Positions 51,183 through 62,400 of a stretch of 64,000 nt of DNA are shown here, one piece after another; within the stretch, counting starts at the first letter, position 1, and the number at the start of each line of letters is the position of its first letter. A program made the position numbers and the translations under genes. Source of the stretch: an uncultured Bdellovibrionales bacterium (GTDB taxonomy: Bacteria > Bdellovibrionota_C > UBA2361 > SZUA-149 > CAZDIO01); contig CAZDIO010000125.1 in the NCBI GenBank assembly GCA_964505555.1, forward strand, positions 3,088 to 67,087, in the 5' to 3' direction. Under the pieces are notes generated by a model. The model was not told the origin of the DNA. It saw only the letters and a program-made list of their open reading frames with translations, and did not search any database.

Positions 51183-52268
51183 ATGACATCAGCAGAAACA
51201 AGAACGCAGATCGTAAAAGATCTTCTTTCCTGGTACAAAAAAAACAAACGACCTCTTCCTTGGCGAGAGAACGCCAATCCGTACAAGATCTGGATCGCTG
51301 AAGTCATGCTTCAACAAACCCAGGTGAGTCGAGTTCTTCTTTACTACAACCGCTTTCTCAAGCGCTTTCCAAATCTCACCTCACTTTCAGAAGCTTCCTG
51401 GAGCTCCCTCCTTCCTTATTGGCGCGGACTTGGCTACTACAATCGAGCTCGAAATCTGCAGAAATCTGCAAAACTCATCAAGAAGCATTTTCAAGGGCGA
51501 ATTCCAAAAGAGCAAAAAACATTGCGCTCTCTTCCCGGAATCGGCGACTACACCTCAGCAGCCATCTGTTGTTTTGCTTTTGGAGAGCCTCTTCCTGCAC
51601 TTGATACAAACCTTAGGCGGGTGTTCTCACGACTCCTCGGCACTTCAGGTAAAACAATCTCTCAGAAATCTCACGTTCTCTTTCAGGAGCACCACAAACA
51701 TGCCCCCACGTTGAATCATGCTCTGATGGATTTAGGTGCTCTGCTCTGTAAGGGGAGCACTCCCCATTGTCATCAATGCCCCCTGAAAAACAACTGCTAT
51801 TTTTTTCAAAGTAAGACCTCTTCATTGCCATCCTCCGCATCAACGAAACCTCGAAAAAAACCCCCGCAGATTCGCGTTGGCATTGCTTGCATTCACCACG
51901 AAGGACGATACCTTATTGGAAAAACCAAACGGAACGCCAAAATATTATGGGAGTTTCCAGGAGGCAAATGTGAAAACGGGGAAAGCGTCCGTTCCTGCAT
52001 TAAACGAGAGGGGAGAGAAGAGTTAGGGGTTGAACTCGCCGTAAGGCCGCCTTTTCTTATCGTTACAAGACTCCTCGAGGGACAAAGAGTAGAGCTGAAT
52101 TTCTGCCGCGCGCAGATTCTTCGGGGAAGACCGCGAAATCTAGTTTATCAAACACTCCGCTGGATCCCTCCAAACCAGTTTCAAAACTACTCGTTCCCTA
52201 CTCCAAACAAAAAAGCTCTTCGTATTCTCCAATCGCTTCAACATAAAAACAAACACGTTTCACATTAA
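51183..52268 (+). CDS. mutY: A/G-specific adenine DNA glycosylase MutY with C-terminal NUDIX-like domain
   Basis: HhH-GPD region (PYKIWIAEVMLQQTQV…LPGIGDYTSAAI) and the 4Fe-4S loop CxxxxxxCxxCxxxxxC (CKGSTPHCHQCPLKNNC). Start chosen at MTSAETR. Confidence 0.8.
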   Translation: MTSAETRTQIVKDLLSWYKKNKRPLPWRENANPYKIWIAEVMLQQTQVSRVLLYYNRFLKRFPNLTSLSEASWSSLLPYWRGLGYYNRARNLQKSAKLIKKHFQGRIPKEQKTLRSLPGIGDYTSAAICCFAFGEPLPALDTNLRRVFSRLLGTSGKTISQKSHVLFQEHHKHAPTLNHALMDLGALLCKGSTPHCHQCPLKNNCYFFQSKTSSLPSSASTKPRKKPPQIRVGIACIHHEGRYLIGKTKRNAKILWEFPGGKCENGESVRSCIKREGREELGVELAVRPPFLIVTRLLEGQRVELNFCRAQILRGRPRNLVYQTLRWIPPNQFQNYSFPTPNKKALRILQSLQHKNKHVSH

Positions 52269-52960
52269 GAAATGCTTTTTCTCTCTTGCGCTTCTCGAGG
52301 ATAATATTCATCAAGCCAATGACGAAGCGAGATCCCCGTAGCACGATGATCTTCTACAAATCTTAAGATGAGCGTATCAAGGGTAGGATGACCTTGATAC
52401 AGAGCTTTTAACTTTCTTTCAAACTGAAAAAACCCGTAACGAGAAGAAAGCTGCTCAAGTGCCACACCGGGATCCACCCCTTCTTTTTCAATCAACCAGA
52501 GCGCAGCAGCAACTCCGGCGCGATGGGTACCGCTTGAACAATGAATCAAAACTGGAACCTCTGCCTGATCATAGACAGAGAGAAGAAGATCTATCTTCTC
52601 TCGTCTTGGAACACGGGAACTTCTCATCGGAAAATGTATATAGCGTGCTCCAGCCTCCTCTACCGCTAACTCCTCGCTCTCGCCTTTTTTTGTTTCATCG
52701 TCATCGTCAAGACGGAGATCAATAACTGTGCGAATGCGATTTGTAGCAACAATCGATTGGAGCTCTTGGGGAGACATCTGTCCCGCTCGAAAAAATCTCC
52801 CTTTCACTACTTCATGGAGATTATGATTAAAAACTGCTCTGGCTATGAAGCTTGTAATCGCTGTAGTTTCTGAAACAAGCTGTGGAAATAAAAGTGCCCC
52901 AAAGAGCACACAGCAAGTAACATTTACTGACATAATTCGAGTAAAACTTTTCCTCATCAA
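52265..52960 (-). CDS. Secreted protein-tyrosine/dual-specificity phosphatase family protein
   Basis: Signal peptide, and the CX5R P-loop VLIHCSSGTHRAGV. Confidence 0.65.
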   Translation of the reverse strand: MMRKSFTRIMSVNVTCCVLFGALLFPQLVSETTAITSFIARAVFNHNLHEVVKGRFFRAGQMSPQELQSIVATNRIRTVIDLRLDDDDETKKGESEELAVEEAGARYIHFPMRSSRVPRREKIDLLLSVYDQAEVPVLIHCSSGTHRAGVAAALWLIEKEGVDPGVALEQLSSRYGFFQFERKLKALYQGHPTLDTLILRFVEDHRATGISLRHWLDEYYPREAQERKSIS

Positions 52961-53049
52961 CGAAACGAAAACCCCTTAGCAATAATAGGTAAAGTGAACT
53001 GTCGATGGTGTGATCTCGCCCTCTTCTCTCAGATTTCGACGAACAGCTA

Positions 53050-54498
53050 TTAGCGCTTCTTCACTCCATCATGAGAAACTTTCTTTAAGAGGCGGTACAT
53101 CCAGAGTCCGAGTCCTACAACAACAAAAAGAACGATACCATTCAAGAGGTTTCTTTCAACTTCACCCTGAAACGATCGGTGTTTTTTTGACCGCTTAAAA
53201 CCTGGGTTTTTCTCAACCACCCCAAGCGTACACAAAGGATAGCGATCCCGCTCAAGCTGCGAGTGCGGAATAAGATTCATCAACTCGTACTTTGGCAGTA
53301 ACAGCGAATCATTTCCTACATAGAGATGATATTTGCGGCTCGGCTCCGGAACAAAATAGAGCACCTGCCTTGCCCATGAAAACTCTAGCTCGGTAACCTG
53401 TAGTGGCGGATTGTCGCCATTGATGATTTGCAGTACAAGCTCTTCCTCAAATGGCACAACGGTCGTTTGCCCCCCAAGAAGAATGGTATCTTCTGATTTA
53501 CTCATTCCTGGAAACTTATAAATCACTCCTCTTCCAACAACGCGTTTTTGAGCTTCTTTCTTTGAAGGATTTTTTTCGAACTTCCACAATTCAACTGCAC
53601 GATAGTAGTAAGAGTTATTGATTTTTAGTTTTAATCGTTCTAACGGAAACGAAGTTGTCCCAAGTTTGTAAAAACTGTTCCGATCTTCATCTAACTCTTG
53701 TTGAAGATTGAGAATACTCAAACGATCAGATATTGTTTCCCTTTTCTCCCCCTGCTGAAATTGGCCGCGAATAGAATCGATTTTAAAATGTACGTCTGAA
53801 CTCTCATTCACTGAAAACTCAAGACCGTTATAACGAAGATTCATCTCGGTACCGTCTTTGGCGATCAATTGATCTTTGAAGATCACACGAACATAGCGTG
53901 CCTTTCGTGAGGGAAGCTCAATGGTCGTCTTTCGGAGATTAATCCGTGAAGAAAAATCAAAGATAGTGTCTTCAAGGGGATCGGTCCAGGAGACCATATC
54001 GCTACTTGTTTGCAGTTCGATATTCTTCTTGAAATCCTTTGAGGTCGTTGTAAAGTCAATTCGTTCAAAAGCTCGCTCACTCTCTGGATTTTCAAAAATA
54101 AGCGTTGTCTGGACCTCCTCAGGAGTGTAGCTGATTAACCTAAATAAAAACCACCTCCCGACTTCCTGCATGGGAGGACTATCACGATAGATGGCATACG
54201 GAGTTTCTCCTCCCCGTTCATCGAAGATTCGAATGTCGGAGCGATCCTCCTGAGCAAAGGAAAACATCTCTGCGGTAAGTGCTACCTGAACTGGCTCACC
54301 GCTAGAAACAGAGGAACTCGTTGTGATTTCAGCGCGATGAGTGAAATCACTCGGGGAGAGGGAAAAACAGGGCACGGGAAAAAGCACGAAATAAAAGATT
54401 ATTGCTTTCTGGCAATAACTTAAAAATTTAAACCGCCGAGAGGCAGGCAGGTTTAGAATTCCCTTATTGAAAAACAGGTTGTTAATTATTTTACACAT
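53050..54498 (-). CDS. DUF3999-like secreted protein (partner of the DUF2339 membrane protein)
   Basis: 482 aa with an N-terminal hydrophobic segment and no catalytic motifs. The family assignment is from memory of the conserved DUF2339/DUF3999 gene pair. Confidence 0.4.
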   Translation of the reverse strand: MCKIINNLFFNKGILNLPASRRFKFLSYCQKAIIFYFVLFPVPCFSLSPSDFTHRAEITTSSSVSSGEPVQVALTAEMFSFAQEDRSDIRIFDERGGETPYAIYRDSPPMQEVGRWFLFRLISYTPEEVQTTLIFENPESERAFERIDFTTTSKDFKKNIELQTSSDMVSWTDPLEDTIFDFSSRINLRKTTIELPSRKARYVRVIFKDQLIAKDGTEMNLRYNGLEFSVNESSDVHFKIDSIRGQFQQGEKRETISDRLSILNLQQELDEDRNSFYKLGTTSFPLERLKLKINNSYYYRAVELWKFEKNPSKKEAQKRVVGRGVIYKFPGMSKSEDTILLGGQTTVVPFEEELVLQIINGDNPPLQVTELEFSWARQVLYFVPEPSRKYHLYVGNDSLLLPKYELMNLIPHSQLERDRYPLCTLGVVEKNPGFKRSKKHRSFQGEVERNLLNGIVLFVVVGLGLWMYRLLKKVSHDGVKKR

Positions 54499-54511
54499 CC
54501 TTCGTTACTTC

Positions 54512-56497
54512 TTATTTTTGTAAGTTCTTTGGCAATATAAGATCTTTGTAGCGGTGATAGAGATACGAGGCGAGGATCAATACCAGCCCAAGAACCATAA
54601 AAGAGATGATCCGAAAAGGGGTGCTGACATTTTCCATATCTACAAAAAACACCTTTGTAATCGTTAAGCCAAACAAGCCGATGGCACATTTTCGTATTGC
54701 CGATTCATTGGTTACAAACCCAATAACAATAGTCACAATTGAAAAAAGTGCCCAGAGAACAGAGAGGGCCGCAAACCGAGCTTGCGGTAAGTATTCCCGA
54801 AAAAACGCACTGACTTCAATGTTGAGTGCATAAAACAACAGTATCGCAAAAAGGGTAAAAAACGCCTTAGAAGAAAGAGTGACAAGCCCAGTACCTTTCT
54901 TGGCGTTTTTCCTTAAAAGAATTGCCGAAATATATACTGCTGCCAAGACTGTCCCCGTAGTAATCCATCTTTCAACAAGGAGGTAAGTAAACGGTGGGGC
55001 GGCTCCACCATGATAGAGATCACGATCAACAGAGAGATAAAACACCTCAGGATAATCATAGAAGATAAATCTCCCAATCGCTACGCCAAGGAGGGCCATC
55101 CCGCCCATGTAGAGACGTTTATTATACAAACGCAATGCAATCCAAACTAAAATCGTCGCTTGCATTGCCCAAAAAACAGTAATCCACTGTTTTGAAAAAA
55201 GTAGTGGTACCGTAATTATTAAAAAAAGAAGCGCCTGACCAAGAAGGATAACCAGTATCCCAGTATTTGTTTTATCTTTTCGATAGATCCACTGCGCCAT
55301 CCAGAGAAAAAATGCCGCATACGCTACACTGACGACACTAATTGCGGGGACACCAAAGAGTGGTTTAATCATCAGATAGGAATAGAGAAAGGTAAGAAAA
55401 GCATTTGGCACAGAGATGGAGAATCCTCCTATTGCCTCACGGGGACGCTTTGGAAAAAAGTAATAAAGAAAAGGAACAAAGGCATAGATTAGAAAAAAAA
55501 TGTTCAAAAATAGCATCGTCTGCCAGAACTTGGAGCCGTGATAATGGTTTGCATACCACGCAGCAAAGAGCAGACTGGTAAAGATAAATCCTAGATAGTT
55601 GAGTGAGCGCCAATTTTTATAAAATGCAATTCCCAACAATCCAAAATTGAGAATAACCATATAGGTCATGAGCGCAAGCTGATTATCCCGCCCCGTGCTC
55701 AGCAGCACAGGGGTGAGAAACCCTCCTATAAGTCCAAGTACTGCTGTTTGTTTACTGTCATAAATCACTGCAAGCGTGCCCGCTAGCGCAGTAATCATGA
55801 CCATGATCCCAAATGACACCCCTTGGTCAAAGAGATCATACATCTGATATGCCGCATAGGTTGAAAAATATAAGGTGGCGATACCTCCTCCCACCAAATT
55901 TAAACCAAAGGCCACAAAATCTTTTTTACGAAAACGCTCTCCAAGGACAAGAAGCACAATTCCTGTAAGATACGCCATGGAAACGCGCGCTGCAGGGCCG
56001 ATCCAGTTTTGATCAAAGGAATATTTCAGAAAATATCCAACCCCAAGAACCATGATAATGATTCCAGAAACAAGCAACCATTTCTGACCAAACTGGATCT
56101 CCGCTTCCTTATTGCTCTGAACCTGCTGTGGACCTTGCCTCACCGAAGGATGGGAGGGGTTCTTTTCTTGCTCAGCTACGAAGGGTGCTACGGGTTCCTT
56201 TGCTTGAGCTTCTTGTCGAATCTCTCGAGTGAATTTTTCGTTTTCCGGTTTTTCAGTCGTGGGGATCTGTTTTTCAAAAGAAGCTTGTTTGGGCTTAACG
56301 CTTTTTGCAACCATATCCTCAAGCGCTTGAAGGGAATTTTCCAAGGTCGAAAGCCGCGAGCCGATAGTTTGCTTTACCTGAAGAAGGTCGCTTCGGATCT
56401 TACTGACATAACTTAAGGCGCCAAGATCTGCCTGACACTGAGGACAGGTAAGGACCACCTCTTGAAGAACCGTTGTCTCGCAGTGAGGGCATTTCAT
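54512..56497 (-). CDS. DUF2339-like polytopic membrane protein with an N-terminal zinc-ribbon
   Basis: MKCPHCE…CPQCQ zinc ribbon, a coiled-coil/Pro-rich linker, then about 18 TMs. Start placed at MKCPHCE. Confidence 0.5.
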   Translation of the reverse strand: MKCPHCETTVLQEVVLTCPQCQADLGALSYVSKIRSDLLQVKQTIGSRLSTLENSLQALEDMVAKSVKPKQASFEKQIPTTEKPENEKFTREIRQEAQAKEPVAPFVAEQEKNPSHPSVRQGPQQVQSNKEAEIQFGQKWLLVSGIIIMVLGVGYFLKYSFDQNWIGPAARVSMAYLTGIVLLVLGERFRKKDFVAFGLNLVGGGIATLYFSTYAAYQMYDLFDQGVSFGIMVMITALAGTLAVIYDSKQTAVLGLIGGFLTPVLLSTGRDNQLALMTYMVILNFGLLGIAFYKNWRSLNYLGFIFTSLLFAAWYANHYHGSKFWQTMLFLNIFFLIYAFVPFLYYFFPKRPREAIGGFSISVPNAFLTFLYSYLMIKPLFGVPAISVVSVAYAAFFLWMAQWIYRKDKTNTGILVILLGQALLFLIITVPLLFSKQWITVFWAMQATILVWIALRLYNKRLYMGGMALLGVAIGRFIFYDYPEVFYLSVDRDLYHGGAAPPFTYLLVERWITTGTVLAAVYISAILLRKNAKKGTGLVTLSSKAFFTLFAILLFYALNIEVSAFFREYLPQARFAALSVLWALFSIVTIVIGFVTNESAIRKCAIGLFGLTITKVFFVDMENVSTPFRIISFMVLGLVLILASYLYHRYKDLILPKNLQK

Positions 56498-56606
56498 AAT
56501 CGAGCTCCCAATATGGTAATCATTATGGAATAGGATGCTTCGATGCAAAGAAAAAACGTTGGAAGGAGAAAAATCGGGGGCTATGCTATTATCTGCGCTT
56601 TTTTCA

Positions 56607-57884
56607 TCATAAAATCATGGCCGCCTGACTGAGTGTTTCAAAAAGCTGGGGAACATGAATTTGATGATCTTTACTAGAGAGATAATCGTTAAAAATATGC
56701 TCCGCCGGTGGGAGATAAAATTCACCGTTAGGCTTTTTTACTGTGGTATCTTTTAGACGATACACGTAGTGCCCACAGGTATAGCAGGAATACTTCATGA
56801 AGTGGTAACAGATACACATCTTTTCCGTTACTGGAAGTTTTCGTCCCTTTTCATCAACTCCGGTCGCTGCATACGCATCTACGTAAGCACATTTTCCATC
56901 GCGATCGAGCATATACCCAAGCGCCTCACAGTTTGGTCGAATATTTGAAGTGAGACACGGACTAAAAGACAACATTCTCATCGCATATCCAGCTGGGGAG
57001 ATCATATTGACGATAACATTCTTTGGCTCCGCACGAAGATACACCTGTTTTACATTATCAGGTAACCCACACTCTTGAGAGATCGTAAATCGCGTTGCAA
57101 CTTGCACAGCGGATGCTCCCATCTCAAGAAATTGCGCTGCATCAGTTCCTGTAAAAATTCCTCCTGCGGGGATTACCGGAATTTTTAAATTCTCTTCCTG
57201 GATAAAATCAAGTATCTCCTTAACGATCGAGTGCAAGCTGTATTGCTCCCAATCAAGTCCAAATCCAAGATGCCCTCCCGCGAGAGGTCCCTCAACAATG
57301 ATATAATCTGGACGGCGATCGCATTTTGCGCCTGCACGAAGGAAAAGCTTTAACGCTCGAAGCGATGAGACAATGATGCCAATGTTTACATCTCGAAATC
57401 GAGGATGGTCAGCAATTAAGGAAAGTGATCCTAGATGGAGCCCGGCAGATAATGTCACACCATCAATTCCACCATCAAGTGCCGCACGCAGCCGCGCACG
57501 AAGGGTTTCTTTTGGCGCCCCCATTAAAAGCTTCTCCATCACGTTAACAAAAACCGCACCATCCCCTCGCTTTGCGGTCATGGTGGATTCAACGTGTTTG
57601 AGAGTTGCTTGGTAGAGATCCTGAGGATCCCACTTCACCTGAGTCTTATCAGTTGAGTCTACATTATCTTCGTATTTTTTTTGTTTGAGATTTTGATACC
57701 GTGTGCCAAACTTTTTATCAGACACCCAAGGAGACATCGCGTCAGAAATGTGTCCAATTCCACCGAGTTTCGCGATGGCTAACGCAAGATCGGAGGTGGA
57801 GATATCAACGCCCATTCCGCCCACAACGAGCGGTACATAGGTCTGGCCCCGTAGGCTAAGTGCGTAATCATCAAGTTTTGACAT
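56607..57884 (-). CDS. NMO/FabK-family FMN-dependent oxidoreductase (nitronate monooxygenase-like TIM barrel) with a Cys-rich C-terminal extension
   Basis: VVGGMGVDIS…LALAIAKLGGIGHIS is typical of the NPD/NMO family. The C-terminus has CICYHF…CYTCGH. Confidence 0.55.
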   Translation of the reverse strand: MSKLDDYALSLRGQTYVPLVVGGMGVDISTSDLALAIAKLGGIGHISDAMSPWVSDKKFGTRYQNLKQKKYEDNVDSTDKTQVKWDPQDLYQATLKHVESTMTAKRGDGAVFVNVMEKLLMGAPKETLRARLRAALDGGIDGVTLSAGLHLGSLSLIADHPRFRDVNIGIIVSSLRALKLFLRAGAKCDRRPDYIIVEGPLAGGHLGFGLDWEQYSLHSIVKEILDFIQEENLKIPVIPAGGIFTGTDAAQFLEMGASAVQVATRFTISQECGLPDNVKQVYLRAEPKNVIVNMISPAGYAMRMLSFSPCLTSNIRPNCEALGYMLDRDGKCAYVDAYAATGVDEKGRKLPVTEKMCICYHFMKYSCYTCGHYVYRLKDTTVKKPNGEFYLPPAEHIFNDYLSSKDHQIHVPQLFETLSQAAMIL

Positions 57885-58215
57885 AGGTTACTTAAACCAT
57901 ATAGCATATAATGAGACCTCCTTCATTTCCTACATGATTGGAGTCATATACAAAAATGAACTTGTCCAGACTACAGTGTCATATCTTTAAGGCGCTGCGC
58001 TGACAAGTCCCAGATAAGGAGATCTATCGGTAATTGCGTGATTTAGAGCGATAAACAGCTGGTATGAAACACTTAAACGCGAATTTCAGATCGATACTCA
58101 CTGGCTACTTTCTTATCGTAATCGCAGAATCAGAGGGATCAAACCTCCTTACGACACTAGGAGAAGCTTACACAAAAGTATACAGTGTTTATAAATTACT
58201 GACTGGAGATGAGAC

Positions 58216-59076
58216 ATGATTAGGAGCATTCTTACCCCATTTGATGGGTCTTCGTCGGCAGAAGCCGCCTTAAACATTGGCTGTAGTGTCGCAGGGATCA
58301 CCGGCGGTTACCTTAAAGCGATTTATATCGAAGATCAGCGGCGTCTCATGCACTACGACCTTTCAGCCTCAGTAGCGAGCGCTGTGGGTATCCAACCAGT
58401 TTTCCCGGTCCCTCTTCCTCCTGATAAAATGCTAGAAATTGAAAGTAAGTTTGACCTCGAATATCAAAAGTTACTTGCGTTTTTTGAAGAGCAACTTCGT
58501 GAGGCTCACATTCGAGGAGACTTTATCCGCCGACGAGGAATGCCGGTGGAGGTCATCCTCGAGGCTTCTCGCGAAGTAGATTTCGTCGTGATGGGAAATC
58601 ACGGCAAACATACCGGTGTTGAATATATAGAAAATGGCTTTACTACCAATGCCCTCTTGCAAGAAACCACTCGGCCGGTGTTGGTCGTCCCAGCAGATCC
58701 TCAAGGTGAATCCTCTCTCGTCATTGCTTACGATGGAAGCCCGGCCGCTGAACGAACATTACGAGTTGCGGCAGAATTTGCGGAGCTTACTGAAATGGAG
58801 CGCATCCATTTATTTACCGTGGAGACCCATAAAGAACGAGCAGAGGAGATTTTAGCCCCTGCCCGAGAGTATCTCTCCATCTACGATGTTGAAGTCCTTG
58901 CTGAGTCACGCGGCGGAAAGACCGCAGAGGAAATTTTGCGTTATACAAGTGAAGTCGGCGCAAGCGTCCTTGCGCTTGGGGCTTTTGGAAAAACAAGTTT
59001 TGCAAGCAAACTCTTTGGAAGCACGACAAGTGCGATTCTTAAAGATACCGATCGGGCGGTTCTTCTCTCCTCTTAA
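58216..59076 (+). CDS. Tandem universal stress protein (2x UspA domain)
   Basis: Two USP-like halves, each ending in a G-x2-G-x9-GS-like ATP-binding region (VMGNHGKH…; LGAFGKTSFASKLFGSTT). Confidence 0.75.
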   Translation: MIRSILTPFDGSSSAEAALNIGCSVAGITGGYLKAIYIEDQRRLMHYDLSASVASAVGIQPVFPVPLPPDKMLEIESKFDLEYQKLLAFFEEQLREAHIRGDFIRRRGMPVEVILEASREVDFVVMGNHGKHTGVEYIENGFTTNALLQETTRPVLVVPADPQGESSLVIAYDGSPAAERTLRVAAEFAELTEMERIHLFTVETHKERAEEILAPAREYLSIYDVEVLAESRGGKTAEEILRYTSEVGASVLALGAFGKTSFASKLFGSTTSAILKDTDRAVLLSS

Positions 59077-59406
59077 AAACAGAGTAACGCTTCGTAGGAG
59101 AACACCCTAAGGACGGTTCGAAGAAGCGAAAGCTCTACTGTCCGTAGTTTTCCCTATAGCGAAGAGCTCTTTATTTGATGACCACTGCGCTTCAGAGAGG
59201 CCATAGAGGTCTAATTACTGGCTTTTTTCTTCACTCCATAAACCGAATCTTTCTCTGAAAGCTCCTCCCACCCAGGGAGAATTGACGTGAATCGATCTTC
59301 CTAGTTTTCGCTCTAAATAAGAGCATGAAATTTGCCTTTCGGGGCTGAGATGTTTATAGTTTTTACTTAATTTCGATTAGTCTGCGCTGCATTTTAGGAA
59401 GGTACT

Positions 59407-62400
59407 GTGGATGATCAAACTCCTCCAGCCCTTATCAAGAGAGCGGAAGAGATTCGTCTAAAATTTGAAATTAGAGACACCTCGCTGATCTCTGCTCTCC
59501 GCCAGATCTCTTTTATTGGAGAGAGTACAAAAAAAGTAACTTCTGTTTCACAGAAAACACAAACAACTGAAGTTATATTTGGTAATTTTGTCCCAAATAA
59601 TTCTTTTTTAACTTTTAGCGGTGTTATTCACAATCGTTTTCGAGTTAATTTTCGTGTTCATGCTGAAACAAGAACATACCGAGAGATTATTTCATTTCTC
59701 TATGCGCAGTGCGCTTCTTCCTTTGTTCGTTCCTCATTAAAAAACGCCTCTGCTGCAGATAAAGAATTAATCCTTTCTTCATTACGAAACGAGCAGCATC
59801 AACTTGATGGAGAATCACCCGCACGTGACCGCAAATCCCCGATTGCTGTTTATCCCGAAGATTTTCAAGTAATCGATGATGATCCTTTCGATCTCGTACT
59901 CCGGGAACAAGAGTTTGCCGCAATACGGAAAAGAAAAAGCTCTCGAACAACTCAGCAAGGCAACGTTTCCCCACGATCAATCTTAAGAAATAGACGATTT
60001 CGAGTTTTTGACCGCAGCTCAACTGAATCAGCAATTGTTCCAGCCACGATTATTCTCTCCCTTGAGAAAGCTCCAACTTCAGTCAAACTCAAATCTGCCG
60101 GAAGAAGTCTCCGCAGTTCAACTTCACTTGAGCAAGACTTTGCTCGAGCAGAAAATTTCCGTTTCCTCTGCACCCCTGACATAAAGATAAAAACAGATTG
60201 CGTTGAAGCTTCTGTTGAGGTGGAAACAAGCGCAGAAACACTGGAAGCATTAGAATGCTACCTCCGTTGGGGAAGATACGGCGATAGTGATTCGCTTTGG
60301 GTTGATGAGCAGTTGTTTCCCGAAGATTTTACGCGAACAAATCAAAATATCTATCGGGTAACAAAAACTATCTCCCCTCATCACGCCGGTCAATACGGAG
60401 TGACCTTTTATGTTCGCTATGCAAATCACGGGAAAAAATACTGGCTGGGACGTCCCTACATTGACGACGGTCAATTTTACTTAGAAAACGGATTTCCCAA
60501 TTCTTCTCCACAAAATCAGCTCATCGAACAAATCAGTCATTTGAGTTTTCAAACTGAGCTTATTCAAAGCATGCTCAGTTTCGAAAGTTTCGTAAAAACC
60601 ATAGAGGGACTAAGCAAAGAAAAACTCTGTCGTGGTCTTGGGCGAGCACTCTTCGAAATCACCAGAGATGACGAAGGGTTGAGAGCTCTCCTCTCTGAGT
60701 ATTATGAGCTCGCATTACGCCACCTCAGTGAGGAGCACGAAAGTAGTGAAAAGCGTCTGTATCAGCTCGTTACCACCACTCTCCAAAATATCGGAATTGG
60801 CGAGATCGTTTTTATTGCTCCAGAAGGACCGCACGCAAATGCCGGTGGTCTTGGTCAGGTGATTATCGGCTTAATGCAGTCACTCAACCGAACGGGCATT
60901 TCTACAACTTTGATCACTCCGCTCTATGAACAATCCCAAGGAAACAAACATACCTCAGCTGCAAAGCTTCTTCGCGAAGGTTTAACGATCAATAACCGCA
61001 AAGTTCCTCTTGGCCTCATAGGAAATGTCGAAGTAGTTTTTGGCCCAACTCGTTTTTCGGGAACTTCCTTAATCAAAGAACACGCTCAAACTATTGCCGT
61101 TCAGGTGTATCTTGCTGAATATGAAAACGTAAAGATCTTTTTTCTTCGTCATAAGCGGTATGCATCAAAGCTCTACAGCGCGGGATCATCTGAGGAGCTC
61201 TTACGAAGGGCGATCTTTCTTTCTCGGGGAGCGCTCGAGTTACTTTCAAATCCCCGATTTGGCGTTCGTCCACATATCTTGATCACCAACGATTGGTTGA
61301 CTGGCCTTGTTCCTGTATTTTTGAAAACCGATCCGAAATACTCCTTCGGGCAACAGCTCCATGGTGTTGAAACGGCCCATATTCTCCATAATTGCGGGAG
61401 AGCCTATCAAGGTCGATTGTTTGTAAACCAATATGGAGAGGATCTGTGGCCGATTCTTGGGCTTAGTGATGAGCACTTCTTTGGGTTATGCGATCCACAT
61501 GATCGTAACTATTTCAATCTTACCGCAGGAGCAATCTTCCATGTCGAGCGAGCTCTCGTCGCCGTCAGCAAGCCTTACGCAGAGGAGCTTTTTACGAAAG
61601 AAGGTGGAGAAGGGCTCCATGAGATGTTACAAAAAAAATCAAAAGTACTTTTTGGGATCAGTAACGGGGTCGACATGCAATCGCTTCACCATGTTTTATG
61701 GGAGCTTGGTGAAAGTGCACGGTCAGTTTTTGAACAAAACACAAACACTCCGGAACACTATTCACAAGAACGCTTGCTGCTCAGGCTCCCCAGCTACAAA
61801 GAAGCTCTCAAACGAAACGTGCAGAGAAAAAGTGGTTTAGCAGAAAATCAGGAGGCCGTTCTTATCTCGCTCGTAGGAAGACTTGCGGAACAGAAAGGAA
61901 TTGGTTTACTCACACAAAAAATCGAGAAGGAGAACTGTACGGTTCTTGAGCTGATTCTGCGCACACACCGCCAAACACAGCTCATCATTGCTGGCCCCCC
62001 AAGTGAAGGAGATCCGGCTTTTCTGCGCTTGGTAACCACTCTTCGCGATCTGGCAAAACGCTATCCAAATCGCATTCAGGGGATCTTTGATTTTGTCACC
62101 CATGGGGAAGCTTTAGAGATCACGGGAGCAAGTGATCTCTTTCTCATGCCTTCTCGTTATGAACCCGGTGGAATTACACAACTTGAGGCACTGGCTACCG
62201 GCACCCTGGTGGTAGCCAGAAATGTCGGGGGGATTTCTGCAACGCTTGTTGATTATGGCAAAAATACCGACTTAGGAAATGCCTTCTTGTTTGAGGAATA
62301 TACTCCAGAGGCATTTCTCCGTGCCATCGTACGGGGAATCGAGGTGGCGGGAGACAGAAAAATGAGAGATCATTTAATGCTCAAAGCTGCCGTATCTGAA

